Below, in pieces: positions 34,739-46,431 of a stretch of DNA of 64,000 nt. How positions within the stretch are numbered: the stretch's first letter is position 1; each line of letters opens with the position of its first letter. A program made the translations under genes and the position numbers. This DNA is from Macrostomum lignano (Eukaryota), in contig NIVC01000136.1 in the NCBI GenBank assembly GCA_002269645.1, positions 434,001 through 498,000 on the forward strand. Reading direction: 5' to 3'. Below the pieces are notes generated by a model that was not told the origin of the DNA, ran no database searches, and saw only the letters and a program-made list of their open reading frames with translations.

Positions 34739-35892
34739 TAAGACTCCTGACTAAAGGTGTCACCTGTTTAGTCAAATTCTGAAATTCTAGTTGAGTAAAA
34801 AACTTCAGTGGACACAAAACTGCCTGCAACCTTTTTTTACTGTGGCCAGCTGGAGACGGATTGAGCAGTGCGTTCGGCCAATGTAAAACCGAATTCTAAT
34901 CCCCTTGAGAAACACAGACACCAAGACATTAGCAGCATCAAGGGTCCGATCCCTATCATTGGCGTTTAGGCAATCAATTATTCGCTCACAGGCTCCTACT
35001 TGGCAAACCCACCAATCGACGAACTCTTCGAATTGAATCGAGTTCTTCTAGACAGCTGCTATTCCATTTATCTTATTCCGAAATCACCTCCGACCTTTAA
35101 TTCGTTTCATCCGCACGTTGAAGCGGTTTTTCTGCAGCTATCATTTCGGGTCCTTAGCTGACCCAAAACAACTTTGTTGCAGGTCAGGCAAACGTTGAGT
35201 TGTGCGGAACTGCTGCTTTTTGTTTTAATTTTAGCGGTTAAATTTCAATTGAATAAAAAATTAAATGGGCTTTATATACTCTTTTGGGGGCTTGAAAGAC
35301 ACACTAGGAGGGGCGGGGTCATACTATATATGCTTTTAAAAAGCATTAGAGCGGCGTTAATTGGGGAAAATATTTATTATTTTATAATTGTTTACACAAA
35401 AATTGAAAATATCCCCCATTTCGAACCCCACAGTGCCACACAGCGAAAACCTCATGCCCCCCACCCCAGCTCAACCGCCCCCATTACGATAGGCGATCTT
35501 AGTTTGTAGTTATTCTACATAGAATTGAACAGTCTCAGTACGTATAATATGCCCTTTGTAAAATATTGCTTTTTTGTAAACGTGTTTGTCGGAACTAAAA
35601 ATTTAATTCAGTACGGGGAGGGTACGGGCACCCCTACCCCCATCGACCCGCACGCCCGTTCTTCTATCTCCATGGCAGGGTTCTGCTAACCCGTACTACT
35701 TAAAGTATTCAAAACAAGGAAGTACAGTTTTGTTTTGCTGTTAAATTTAATCCGTTGATTATTGAAATCTCTTTTATTCGCTTCAATGCGACAACATGAT
35801 TTTTTGCTTTGGAACTCTTTTCTGAGTTGAAAGGTTTGCTAAAGATATTCAAATTTTGGTCAGTTTTTTGCTTCAAGCGGGAACACCTCAAC

Positions 35893-36540
35893 TCAAATCT
35901 TCCAATAGGCGCACTTGTTCCCCCTGTTCATGCGGCTCGATGCCCTGCAGTTGAAGGACTTGGCGAACTCCTTGTTGTGAGACATGACGCTGTCAACTCT
36001 AAACTGGGTGATTTCGTGCGGTTCAAAATATTTGCAGCCCCTAATTTTTATCATCTGTCTATAAGCGAGCTGCGCTGCCAGTGTAAAAAACAGCCGATTG
36101 AGCTAGAATTGGTCAGCAGATCCAGTTCGGCAGAGTCCACCTGCGGCTTGGCTGGTGTTGCTCAGCTCAATGAATGCTTTAGTAGCCAGCTCTAGGATTT
36201 GCAGATCCTGCACGAAGGCGTGCATATGAGATGGAAGACGCATCCGCTTGCTTTCCGAAAGTTTCAGCTTTGTTGCATTGAAGCTGGCTCCTTCTGGGTA
36301 GCTGTCGTTGATAAATCTATCTAAAGCTGTCGAAGAAAGGGTTTTTGATCCAGAATCGATGTTGTGGATATTCTTGAACAGATAAATACTTTACCATCCA
36401 CTTGGAGCAAAGACAGTCAAAAACAACAATTTGGATTTTTTGGCATAGGCCTGAACAAGAGGCGCATAGGCTCTTTTCAGGGCTGGTACAAATTCGCCCG
36501 ATTCTCCTTCGTCCGACAGTTCGAAAAAGTCAGCAGTGTA
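35893..36540 (-). pseudogene. Decayed peptidase M13 (neprilysin-like) C-terminal fragment
   Basis: The - strand reads FVQDLQILELATKAF...(stop)LNRLFFTLAAQL...FRVDSVMSHNKEFAKSFNC..SRMN..NKCAYW*, which resembles the M13 C-terminus (QLFF..RV..SN..EF..AFNC..S.MN...C..W). There are internal stops and no HExxH was seen. Confidence 0.55.
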
Positions 36541-36689
36541 TTTTAGCCTTTGAAGTCGTTTAATGGTTTGATTTGACCTTAATTCTGAGATGTTACACTT
36601 TGTATAGCGACCCTCTTGACGATCTGAAATTTCTATACTCGTAATTTAGCTGATTTACTAATGGGACACAGGGGCGACTCCTGATGTTC

Positions 36690-37065
36690 CCGTGCCCCTA
36701 AGTCCTCGAGTCATTGGCGTGGAAACTCCGGATCCCCTTCGCGGTGGAAGGAGGCTTCGGAGTGGCTCTGGCCGTACGGCGGCATCGGTGAGCAAATCGG
36801 CACTGAGCTCTGGAGCAGCTACCAGTCCGTTGAAGTCAAAGCAGATTCCCTGGCCTACTTTTCGAGTTGCACGAGCATTCGCCTGATCCGATTTAGATCC
36901 ACACAGCGCAACAGAATTACGCTGCCTCAAGCCCTAGGTCAGATCATTCCAACTCTGATTCTGTTGCTTCTGTGTGCGACACTCGTAATCTTCGCCGATC
37001 AAAGCCAAGGTCGAACATTTCGCCAACCCATGCATTAAAGCGAAGATACTCAGCCAGCTCCGCAC
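36690..37065 (-). mobile_element. 3' half of a DIRS-like retroelement ORF1 (degenerate; CCCH/CCHC-type zinc finger)
   Basis: Frame-shifted pieces LAEYLRFNAWVGEM / DYECRTQKQQNQSW / ICFDFN-GSCSRAQCRFAHRC-GQSH resemble the ORF1 C-terminus of tyrosine-recombinase retroelements (recalled pattern, not searched). Confidence 0.5.
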
Positions 37066-37211
37066 TGTTGTATTATTGGTGTACTAGCTTTGTGCTAGAA
37101 AAGAAAATTATCAGCCTCTGGGGCTGCGACTCACTTATCTGTATATTGAAGCATGACTGAGCCATAGGTATAAAATAAGCATTTACATTTGCATTCGTTG
37201 GAAACACAATA
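37066..37211 (-). repeat. 3' LTR of the Gypsy element (~140 bp)
   Basis: Follows the PPT and is a direct repeat of 40716-40835. The exact end (37066 or 37074) is ambiguous. Confidence 0.75.
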
Positions 37212-37276
37212 TCTCTCCCCCCTTTGAACAAATACAGTCAGACAAACCAAAAAATGTTCAGGAATCGTTGCCCAAA

Positions 37277-40200
37277 TTATCCAGGCACGAATCTCTCCGG
37301 CGGCTTTGGATTCTGTCGGAGACCGATTCCTCGTTGTCGATCTCTCACTGTAGGCTCCTCCTGTACTGGCTGGTTTGCTGCTTTGAGCCTTGAGGGAACC
37401 TCCGTCTCGCATTTTTCTTCTGGGGAGTCTTTCCAATTAACTCTCTTTAGTCGCGAGAAGTTCCTTCGCACTATTCTGCCGTCTTCGGTTTGAATCCTCA
37501 CAGTCGTGCCATTAGTCCCGACGACCGTTCCCGGTTGCACTTCATAAGGCTGTTCGTACTTGCTGTTGCGAAATTCTCGTCTCCAGATGACCTGATTGCC
37601 AGGGCAGAACATCTTCTGGTACTTGGCTAGTCCGTCTTCTGCCATTTTCCGTTTGTACTCGTCATCACGAGCTTTGATGTCGCTGTTTGGAGTCATGGTT
37701 CTCCTTTCGGAATTGGTAACTTCCTGTCGAATTCTCTCTTAAAGAATAGCATCCCTGGGGATTCTCCAGTCGCGCGGATCGGTGAAGATCTGTAGCTGTA
37801 CAATAACCGTCCAAGTTCTTGTTTCAGGTTATTCCTTTCCCGACTGCAGATTTGCAGGGTCTTGTTTAGAGTTTTGTTGAAGCGTTCCACTTCTGCGTTG
37901 CCACGAGGCCAGTATGGGGTGCTCTTTCGGTGCTTTACGTTAAATTCTCGCATTAGATTCTTGAATTCTTCGGATATGAACTGTGGACCATTGTCTGTGA
38001 TTAATTCTTCTGGTGCACCGTACGAGTGAAATACTTCCTTCATTTTATTGCTCACCTCCGTCGCGTCAGCCTTCGGCAACACGTAAACTAACGGGTAGCG
38101 AGAATAGTAGTCTACGATGACTAATAGTGTCTTTCCAGACGGAAGAGGTCCTTTTAGATCGGTACCTATTAGCTTCCAGGCTCCTTCTGGTAGCTCCGTC
38201 GGAATGATTGATGGTTTTCTCGTTTCCGGAAGTGCTCTTGAGCAACTTTCACATGATGATACAAAGTTCTGTACATCTTCTGCCATCAGAGGCCACCAAA
38301 CGCATCTTTTCAGCCGCTCAGTGATTTTGGTGATTCCCAAATTCCCTTCGTGCATTGTCTCTAACACTGCCATAACAGACTTTCTCGGAACTACATAGCG
38401 GTCTTGGTACAACAGGACTCCATTTGTGCTGGAAAGTTGGCTTCTGACATTGTAATACGTGTTGGATTTACTCCATTGCCCCGTTTGTAGCGATCTCAAA
38501 GCTGATTGAATCCACGGGTCGTCTTTTGAATCGTTCTCAATGTCACTTTTAGAGATTCCCCAATATTGAACTTCCGTAGAAATTTGCTGGATGAGATGTT
38601 CGTCTGCCTTGGCACTTGATGCTTTGGGGTTCTCCACGTTCATCGGTTGTCTGGATAAATAGTCTGCCTCATTCGCCTCTCCTGGTTCGTAATTTAATTT
38701 GAAATTGAAGTGCTGGAGGCGCATCGCCCATCTCTCGATTCTCGGAGGCGGTTTGGAACCTGGGCGAAAACAACCAAGCAGTGGCTTGTGATCAGTAATA
38801 ACCGTGAATTTTGGAGCGCCCAGTAGATAGATTTGAACCTTTTCACACGCCCATTTTATTGCTAATGCCTCGCGCTCGGTCTGGCTGTACCTTCTTTCGA
38901 CGTCACTTAGCGTCCTGCTTGCGTAGCATACCGGACTGATGGTGCCTCGACTGTCTGTTTGGGTTAGGACAGCTCCGAGACCCACCGGTGAAGCGTCGAC
39001 TCGCAGTTCGATTGTTCTTGAAGTGTCGAAGTAGGCCAGTGTTTCTGGGGTAGAAGTTCGTCTGCAAAGGCTTCCTTTCGTTTGTGCTCCAGTTCCAGTT
39101 GCACCTGCTTTCCAGCGTTTCGCGTTAACTTCTGAATCGGTTCTGCGATGGTCGCCAAGTTAGGGATGAAGCGTGAGACGAATTGCACTAGGCCCATGAA
39201 TGACCTTACCTCGCTGGGATTTGTAGGTTCTCTGAAAGTCCGAATGGCTTGCACCTTTGCGTCACCAATTTGCAATCCCTTGCGAGTCAGTAGCATTCCC
39301 ATGAAGGTTATTTTATCCACTGAAAACTTGCACTTTTCCTTCCCGATGGTTATGTTATTCTCTTTCAGTCGTTGCAGGACTTTTCTCAAGCGGTCATTGT
39401 GCTCTTCCAAAGTACAACCGTAGATCCCGATGTCATCCTGGATATTCAGAACTCCTGAAATGCCAGCAAGAACTCAATGAATTTCCGATTGGAGTGTAAA
39501 CGATGAGTTCACCCAGCCCATTGGTAGTCTCTTGTATCTCATAAGTGGCCAGTCTTTCAAGCCTGTTGAGAATGTCGTGAGCATCCTGGAGTCTTCGTGC
39601 AGTTCTAGCTGATGAAACATTTTGTTACCATCCAAGTAGGAGAAGTACTTAGCATCGCCAACGTTAATCAGTTGTTCGTCGATGCTGGGCAGTGGGTAGT
39701 GCTCCTTTCTAGTAGCCTTGTTTATGTTTCTGAGATCAACCGTGGCTCTCAATTTACCGTTGGCCTTCGGAACAGCCACTAATCTTGACACCCATTCAGT
39801 AGTTCCCTTGACTGGCTCGATTATATCATCTTTTAACTGCCCTTCTAGTTCTTCGCGCAATTTCTGATGGAGGTGTGCTGGTATACGCGATGGTGGATGA
39901 ACAATAGGATTGGCGTTCTCCTTCAGGCGAATCTTAACTTTGCTGTCTTTGAGTTTTCCTATTCCACGGAAGACATCCTTGAACTCTTCCAGAATCACTT
40001 GCGTTGGCTGCTGAATGTTCTCGATATGAAGGCAGCTTTTATCCGAGCCCCATGTCAGGAAACCGTGCTTGAAGGCATCCTCAAATCCGATAGTGTGCGT
40101 GCATCCTTTACTGGGGTTACGTGAAACTTCATTTGCTGTGTACTTCCGTTGAGAGTAACTTCCAGATTTACTGTGCCTTGGGTTTCGATGGGGATCCTGG

Positions 40201-40530
40201 CCAGTCGAAAATTAGTATCTGATCGCACTTTTAGCAACTGTGTTGTAGGATATTAGATTTAGATTGGAGCCCGAGTCAATTAGTACATCGCATTTTCTGC
40301 CGTTGATGACAGCTTGCTTTGTTGCACCGTTCTTCTTCGCGCTAACGCTTGCTATCGTATGAATCTCCTCTGAGTCTGACGATTCAGTCACGCCAGATTT
40401 TTTCGTTTCGTAAACTTGAAGTTTACTTTTGGTTGGTACTTTGGTTCTGCACATCTTAGCATGATGTCCCACCTTGTTGCATTTCTTGCAAGTATCGTTG
40501 CGCGCATAGCAGTTTTCTGCTGTATGTGAG
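37277..40530 (-). pseudogene. Gypsy gag-end/pol, broken by frameshifts
   Basis: CSRCGRSSHTAENC and CKKCNKVGHHAKMC knuckles; protease LIDSGS; RT (YLDGNKMFHQL, YKRLPMG, NIQDDI); RNase H VDASPVGLGAVL; integrase TDLKG / TDNGPQF / VERFN. These are split over ORFs 40212-40472, 40055-40237, 39474-39998, 38964-39410, 37693-38985 and 37277-37696. Confidence 0.9.
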
Positions 40531-40715
40531 CTTCTTCCACAGCGGCTACAGACATCGCGAGCACTGGACTTTCTTCTGGGAAACTGCTTGCTGTCAATTC
40601 CAGTTTTCTTCGATTTAGGGAATCTTCTTGGTCCTTTTGACTGTCCGACTGCATTGACGGTGCTCGGGTCGGAGACGTGCTTCTCAATGACACCGCTCTG
40701 GCTGTTCGTCGATTC

Positions 40716-40835
40716 GTGCTAGAAAAGAAAATGATCAGCCTCTGGGGCTGCGACTCACTTATCTGTATATTTAAGCATGACTGAACCATAGATATAAAAT
40801 AAGCATTTACATTTGCATTCGTTGGAAATCCAATA
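40716..40835 (-). repeat. Truncated 5' LTR of the Gypsy element, fused directly to late gag sequence
   Basis: Colinear 120-bp copy of 37092-37211 with 6 mismatches. No PBS or gag N-terminus follows it. Confidence 0.75.
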
Positions 40836-41637
40836 GACACATCCACGGTTCCCGTCTCGGAAAGACGCACCAGCTTGCCGTCATGCAACATGTGAATCAG
40901 CACCTTTTCGTTTCCAATAATCCAGTCACCGAATGACATCGACTCAACAGCCGCTGACTTTGACTTCATACTCAATCGGCCCGATTTATCGACTGTGGTG
41001 GCCAACCCGGCATCCTTCTGCTCACGGCTACTTAGGTGTTCCACCGGCCTGTACGCCCCTCCGACAACTGTCCCTTCTGACTCAAGGTTGGGGCCTTCAT
41101 TCAAAACCCTCTCAAAAAGGCACGACATCTCACCGGGCGGATCATTGCGTCTCCGTAGATCGAGCGTCAGCTTCTAGAGCGGCTTCTTGCTTGCGCAGAG
41201 TCAGAAGGCGCACCCTCTTCTCTGCGAGCTCCTCGTGGGGCATCTCCACGTCCTCTGCCTTTTGCTATTTCTGGAACTATTGTCCGTGTCTAGTTCTTCT
41301 CGACGTGGGTCAGTCGGGGCGTTGAGTTCCAGTTGCGTTGCTTCGTGGTGAGCAGCCAAGCGTTCCCTGAGTACTGCATTTCGGCCGTTTGTAGAGAGAT
41401 CTGCCTGTATAAGCGCGGCCTTCAGGCCTTTCACAGTCTCGGGCATATGCACTCTGTGGTTTGAGTCAGCCATTGCTACGCAGGGGTAAAAAAATTCAAC
41501 GCATCGAGAACAAGCGATTTCAACTCAAAACGAGGCCTAAAAAGGCACAGAGCACAACCAACCACCCACACCAACGCCGCAAACCCACCCCCACGGGTGG
41601 AGCCAAACAACCCCACGTTAGTCCACGCCGTACACAG
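40836..41637 (-). mobile_element. 5' half of DIRS-like retroelement ORF1 with N-terminal SAP-like motif
   Basis: ATG at 41473 leads to TVKGLKAALIQADLSTNGRNAVLRERL (SAP-like), then a coiled coil, then SMSFGDWIIGNEKVLIHMLHDGKL. Frameshifted. Confidence 0.5.
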
Positions 41638-41639
41638 TA

Positions 41640-44600
41640 CTGACAATAGACAGCACAATACTGATAGAACAGACAGCACAATACTGATAGAACAGACAGC
41701 ACAATACTGATAGAACAGACAGCACAATACTGATAGAACAGACAGCACAATACTAAAAGAACCGACAGCACCATACTGATAGAACAGACAGCACAATGCT
41801 GATAGAACAGACAGCACAATACTGATAGAACAGACAGTACAATACTGACAGAACAGACAGCACAATACTGATAGAACAGACAGCACAATACTGATAGAAC
41901 AGACAGCACAATACTGATAGAACAGACAGCACAATACTGATAGAACGGCACAATACTGATAGAACACAGCATACTGATAGAACAGACAGCACAATACTGA
42001 TAGAACAGACAGCACAATACTGATAGAACAGACAGCACAATACTGATAGAACAGACAGCACAATACTGATAGAACAGACAGCACAATACTGATAGAACAG
42101 ACAGCACAATACTGATAGAACAGACAGCACAATACTGATAAAACAGACAGCACAATACTGATAGAACAGACAGCACAATGCTGATAGAACAGACAGCACA
42201 ATACTGATAGAACAGACAGTACAATGCTGACAGAACAGACAGCACAATACTGATAGAACAGACAGCACAATACTGATAGGACAGACAGCACAATACTGAT
42301 AGAACAGACAGCACAATACTGATAGAACAGACAGCACAATACTGATAGAACAGACAGCACAATACTGATAGAACAGACAGCACAATACTGATAGAACAGA
42401 CAGCACAATACTGATAGAACAGACAGCACAATACTAAAAGAACCGACAGCACAATACTGATAGAACAGACAGCACAATACTGATAGAACAGACAGCACAA
42501 TACTGATAGAACAGACATCACAATACTGATAGAAAAGACAGCACAATACTGATAGAACACACAGCACAATACTGATAGAACAGACAGCACAATACTGATA
42601 GAACAGACAGCACAATACTGATAGAACAGACAGCACAATACTGATAGAACAGACAGCACAATACTGATAGAACAGACAGCACAATACTGATAGAACAGAC
42701 AACACAATACTGATAGAACAGACAGCACAATGCTGATAGAACAGACAGCTCAATACTGATAGAACAGACGGCACAATACTGATAGAACAGACAGCATAAT
42801 GCTGATAGAACAGACAGCACAATACTGATAGAACAGACAGCACAATGCTGATAGAACAGACATCACAATACTGATAGAACAGACAGCACAATGCTGATAG
42901 AACAGACAGCTCAATAACTGATAGAACAGACAGCACAATACTGATAGAACAGACAGCTCAATAACTGATAGAACAGACAGCACAATACTGATAGAACAGA
43001 CAGCTCAATAACTGATAGAACAGACAGCACAATACTGATAGAACAGACAGCACAATACTGATAGAACAGACAGCTCAATAACTGATAGAACAGACAGCAC
43101 AATACTGATAGAACAGACAGCACAATGCTGATAGAACAGACAGCTCAATAACTGATAGAACAGACAGCACAATACTGATAGAACAGACAGCACAATGCTG
43201 ATAGAACAGACAGCTCAATAACTGATAGAACAGACAGCTCAATAACTGATAGAACAGACGGCACAATACTGATAGAACAGACGGCACAATACTGATAGAA
43301 CAGACAGCATAATGCTGATAGAACAGACAGCACAATACTGATAGAACAGACAGCACAATGCTGATAGAACAGACATCACATTACTGATAGAACAGACAGC
43401 ACAATGCTGATAGAACAGACAGCACAATACTGATAGAACAGACAGCACAATACTGATAGAACAGACATCACAATGCTGATAGAACAGACAGCACAATACT
43501 GATAGAACAGACAGCACAATACTGATGGAACAGACAGCACAATACTGATAGAACAGACAGCACAATACTGATAGAACAGACAACACAATATGATAGAACA
43601 GACAGCACAATGCTGATAGAACAGACAGCTCAATACTGATAGAACAGACAGCACAATACTGACAGAACAGACAGCACAATACTGATAGAACAGACAGCAC
43701 AATACTGATAGAACAGACAGCACAATACTGATAGAACAGACAGCACAATACTGATAGAACAGACAGCACAATACTGATAGAACAGACAGCACAATACTGA
43801 TGGAACAGACAGCACAATACTGATAGAACAGACGGCACAATACTGATAGAACAGACGGCACAATACTGATAGAACAGACAGCATAATGCTGATAGAACAG
43901 ACAGCACAATGCTGATAGAACAGACAGCTCAATAACTGAAAGAACAGACAGCTCAATAACTGATAGAACAGACGGCACAATACTGATAGAACAGACGGCA
44001 CAATACTGATAGAACAGACAGCATAATGCTGATAGAACAGACAGCACAATACTGATAGAACAGACAGCACAATGCTGATAGAACAGACATCACAATACTG
44101 ATAGAACAGACAGCACAATGCTGATAGAACAGACAGCTCAATAACTGATAGAACAGACAGCACAATGCTGATAGAACAGACAGCTCAATAACTGATAGAA
44201 CAGACAGCACAATACTGATAGAACAGACAGCACAATACTGATAGAACAGACAGCACAATACTAATAGAACAGACAGCACAAAATTATACTGATAGAACAG
44301 ACAGCACAATACTGATAGAACAGACAGCACAATACTGATGGAACAGACAGCACAATGCTGATAGAACAGACAGCACAATAACTGATAGAACAGACAGCAC
44401 AATACTGATAGAACAGACAGCACAATACTAATAGAACAGACAGCACAAAATTATACTGATAGAACAGACAGCACAATACTGATAGAACAGACAGCACAAT
44501 GCTGATAGAACAGACAGCTCAATAACTGATAGAACAGACAGCACAATGCTGATAGAACAGACAGCTCAATAACTGATAGAACAGACAGCACAATACTGAT

Positions 44601-46190
44601 AGAACAGACAGCACAATACTGATAGAACAGACAGCACAATACTAATAGAACAGACAGCACAAAATTATACTGATAGAACAGACAGCACAATACTGATAGA
44701 ACAGACAGCACAATACTGATGGAACAGACAGCACAATACTGATAGAACAGACAGCTCAATAACTGATAGAACAGACAGCACAATACTGATAGAACAGACA
44801 GCTCAATAACTGATAGAACAGACAGCACAATACTTATAGAACAGACAGCACAATGCTGATAGAACAGACAGCACAATGCTGATAGAACAGACAGCACAAT
44901 ACTGATAGAACAGACAGCACAATACTGATAGAACAGACAGCACAATACTGATAGAACAGACAGCACAATACTGATAGAATAGACAGCACAATACTGATAG
45001 AACAGACAGCACAATAGTGATAGAACAGACAGCACAATACTGATAGAACAGACAGCACAATACTAAAAGAACCGACAGCACAATACTGATAGAACAGACA
45101 GCACAATGCTGATAGAACAGACAGCACAATACTGATAGAACAGACATCACAATACTGATAGAACAGACAGCACAATACTGATAGAACACACAGCACAATA
45201 CTGATAGAACAGACAGCACAATACTGATAGAACAGACAGCACAATACTGATAGAACAGACAGCACAATACTAATAGAACAGACAGCACAATACTGATAGA
45301 ACAGACAGCACAATACTGATAGAACAGACAACACAATACTGATAGAACAGACAGCACAATACTGATAGAACAGACAGCACAATACTAAAAGAACCGACAG
45401 CACAATACTGATAGAACAGACAGCACAATGCTGATAGAACAGACAGCACAATACTGATAGAACAGACAGTACAATACTGACAGAACAGACAGCACAATAC
45501 TGATAGAACAGACAGCACAATACTGATAGAACAGACAGCACAATACTGATAGAACAGACAGCACAATACTGATAGAACAGACAGCACAATACTGATAGAA
45601 CAGACAGCACAATACTGATGGAACAGACAGCACAATACTGATAGAACAGACAGCTCAATAACTGATAGAACAGACAGCACAATACTGATAGAACAGACAG
45701 CTCAATAACTGATAGAACAGACAACTCAATAACTGATAGAACAGACAGCACAATACTGATGGAACAGACAGCACAATACTGATAGAACAGACAGCACAAT
45801 ACTGATAGAACAGACAGCACAATACTGATAGAACAGACAGCTCAATAACTGATAGAACAGACAGCACAATACTGATAGAACAGACAACTCAATAACTGAT
45901 AGAACAGACAGCACAATAATGATAGAACAGACAGCAAAATACTGATAGAACAGACAGCTCAATAACTGATAGAACAGACAGCACAATACTGATAGAACAG
46001 ACAGCACAATACTGATAGAACAGACAGCACAATACTGATAGAACAGACAGCACAATACTGATAGAACAGACAGCTCAATAACTGATAGAACAGACAGCTC
46101 AATAACTGATAGAACAGACAGCTCAATAACTGATAGAACAGACAGCTCAATAACTGATAGAACAGACAGCTCAATAACTGATAGAACAGT
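41640..46190. repeat. 23-bp satellite array 1 (~4.5 kb)
   Basis: Unit ACTGATAGAACAGACAGCACAAT, with many variants including a 24-bp ...GCTCAATA unit. Confidence 0.98.
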
Positions 46191-46431
46191 TACTTAGTAG
46201 ATTAAATCAGTATCAGTAATGAAACACTTCAGAAAAGCCTCTTGCGCTCGTAGCAACAAAACGTTAATGTTTTCAGCTGGTACTTCAATTTATTGGAAAT
46301 CTGAGTCTAAAAACTTTGAATTAACTGCGAACAGCATCTGTATACGAGCGTATTAGCTTAAGCATGCAAATAAGTAGCTCGTAACTACTTCAATGAACAG
46401 AGTGCATTATTGCGTTGCTCAGTTTTGATGC

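Larger units (their letters stand above)
37066..40835 (-). mobile_element. Degenerate Ty3/Gypsy LTR retrotransposon, internally deleted
   Basis: LTR copies at 37092-37211 and 40716-40835 (114/120 identical). A polypurine tract AAAGGGGGGAGAGA (- strand) lies next to the 3' LTR. Domain order is zinc knuckles-PR-RT-RH-IN. Confidence 0.9.

Noticed and set aside
41476-46174. Long Cys/Leu/Val-rich - strand ORFs (VLSVLCCLFYQYCAVCSISI)n, also at 52834-53557 and 58829-61185
   Set aside because: They arise from translating a stop-free 23-bp satellite through cycling frames; there is no gene structure.
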